DNA from: Protoeuglena noctilucae
Lineage: Eukaryota
DNA: 64,000 nucleotides
Reading direction: 5' to 3'
Assembly (NCBI GenBank): GCA_958009085.1
Contig: OY253678.1
Span: forward strand, 434,001-498,000
Within the stretch, counting starts at the first letter, position 1; every line of letters starts with the position of its first letter. The position numbers and the translations under genes are program-made. Below, one piece after another: positions 63,410 through 64,000 of this stretch. The notes under the pieces are model-generated. The model saw nothing but the letters and a program-made list of their open reading frames with translations, was not told where the DNA came from and searched no databases.

Positions 63410-64000
63410 TCACTGCAGGGCCGGTGGCGGATCCGCGACTTTCCCTGCCCCGCGGCCCCTCCTGTGCGTAGCAGTATGGACGCACTGCGCCACGAGCGTC
63501 CCGTTCAAGAGCAGCTGCAGGACGCTCGAGGCCAGCAGGAGGCCGTCCTGCGTGAGGGCCAGCGTCGTCAACACCCGCGCAGCGTTCCCTGCGAGCGGGG
63601 GCTGTGGGCTGTGGGCACCACCACGGTGCTCGGCCGGTGGCTCGTGCGTCACTGCGGGCCCTTCACCTGCGACGTTGAGCGCGCAGGTGGTTAGAGCGAG
63701 CTCCCCCGTGTTGCCGCGGCGGTGGTTGAGCACGATTTGCGGCACCCGGGAGCCAAACGCGACAATGAGGGTGGACCAGCCCTGCAGCGCGGCCAGCACC
63801 GCGGGGCTGACGAGAGGCGTGAGGAGCACGGCAAAGACCGCGGCGCAGGCCGCGGAGATGGCCGCAGCCGCGGGCCAAGGGACGGGCTTGAAGGCAAAGA
63901 AGAGGGCCATGATGACGATGTCTTGCACCCAGCAGCTCAGGACATCGCCCCACGACGAGAAGGCGTACCTGCAGTCACGGGCGGATGCGGGTAGCACGCC
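63410..64000 (-). CDS. MPDU1: Mannose-P-dolichol utilization defect 1 (PQ-loop) protein, 3' part; runs off the window
   Basis: YAFSSWGD......Q.IVI and SRVPQI.LN.R.GNTGELA..T..LN.AG|NAARVLTTL..TQD, which is the second PQ loop. Confidence 0.88.
   Translation of the reverse strand, partial: GVLPASARDCRYAFSSWGDVLSCWVQDIVIMALFFAFKPVPWPAAAAISAACAAVFAVLLTPLVSPAVLAALQGWSTLIVAFGSRVPQIVLNHRRGNTGELALTTCALNVAGEGPAVTHEPPAEHRGGAHSPQPPLAGNAARVLTTLALTQDGLLLASSVLQLLLNGTLVAQCVHTATHRRGRGAGKVADPPPALQ

Noticed and set aside
1..64000. Introner-like repeated introns, tRNA/rRNA genes, transposase or RT ORFs
   Set aside because: I saw no shared intron sequence family, structured RNA gene or mobile-element coding motif by eye. 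An all-vs-all intron alignment and a covariance-model scan would be needed to exclude them.

Overview
This is GC-rich, gene-dense, intron-rich eukaryotic nuclear DNA from a flagellated green alga. The evidence is VIPP1, an AP2/ERF factor, a plant-type ALDH10, CFAP44, TGTAA poly(A)-type motifs and many GC-AG introns. A pedinophyte- or prasinophyte-like source is plausible but cannot be proven from this window. The six-frame ORF track is misleading because nearly all genes are spliced, so the gene models below were built by eye and their boundaries are approximate. About 21 genes are present: ALDH10 (partial), a DUF4336 protein, a phosducin-like protein, VIPP1, a giant EML-family WD40 protein, a stand-alone MJ1316 domain protein, a BRF2/PTF2-like TFIIB factor, a VOC/glyoxalase-like protein, a cyclic-nucleotide-gated channel, CFAP44, a Zn-knuckle/YTH-like protein, PIG-V, AP2/ERF, a mitochondrial carrier, CRNKL1, PP2C, MPDU1 (partial) and several hypothetical genes. 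The most striking item is the EML gene. One WD40 blade is interrupted by a low-complexity insertion of roughly 1,650-1,700 aa. The insertion carries a long (T/A)E(A/G)(A/G)KP repeat array and two VLRLRGG motifs, the exact ubiquitin C-terminus, encoded with different codons. This suggests deubiquitinase-driven processing with no ubiquitin fold. Other notable items are a probable GA-AG intron, an intronic TA-flanked hairpin, and a CNG channel with a GGQN pore instead of GYG.
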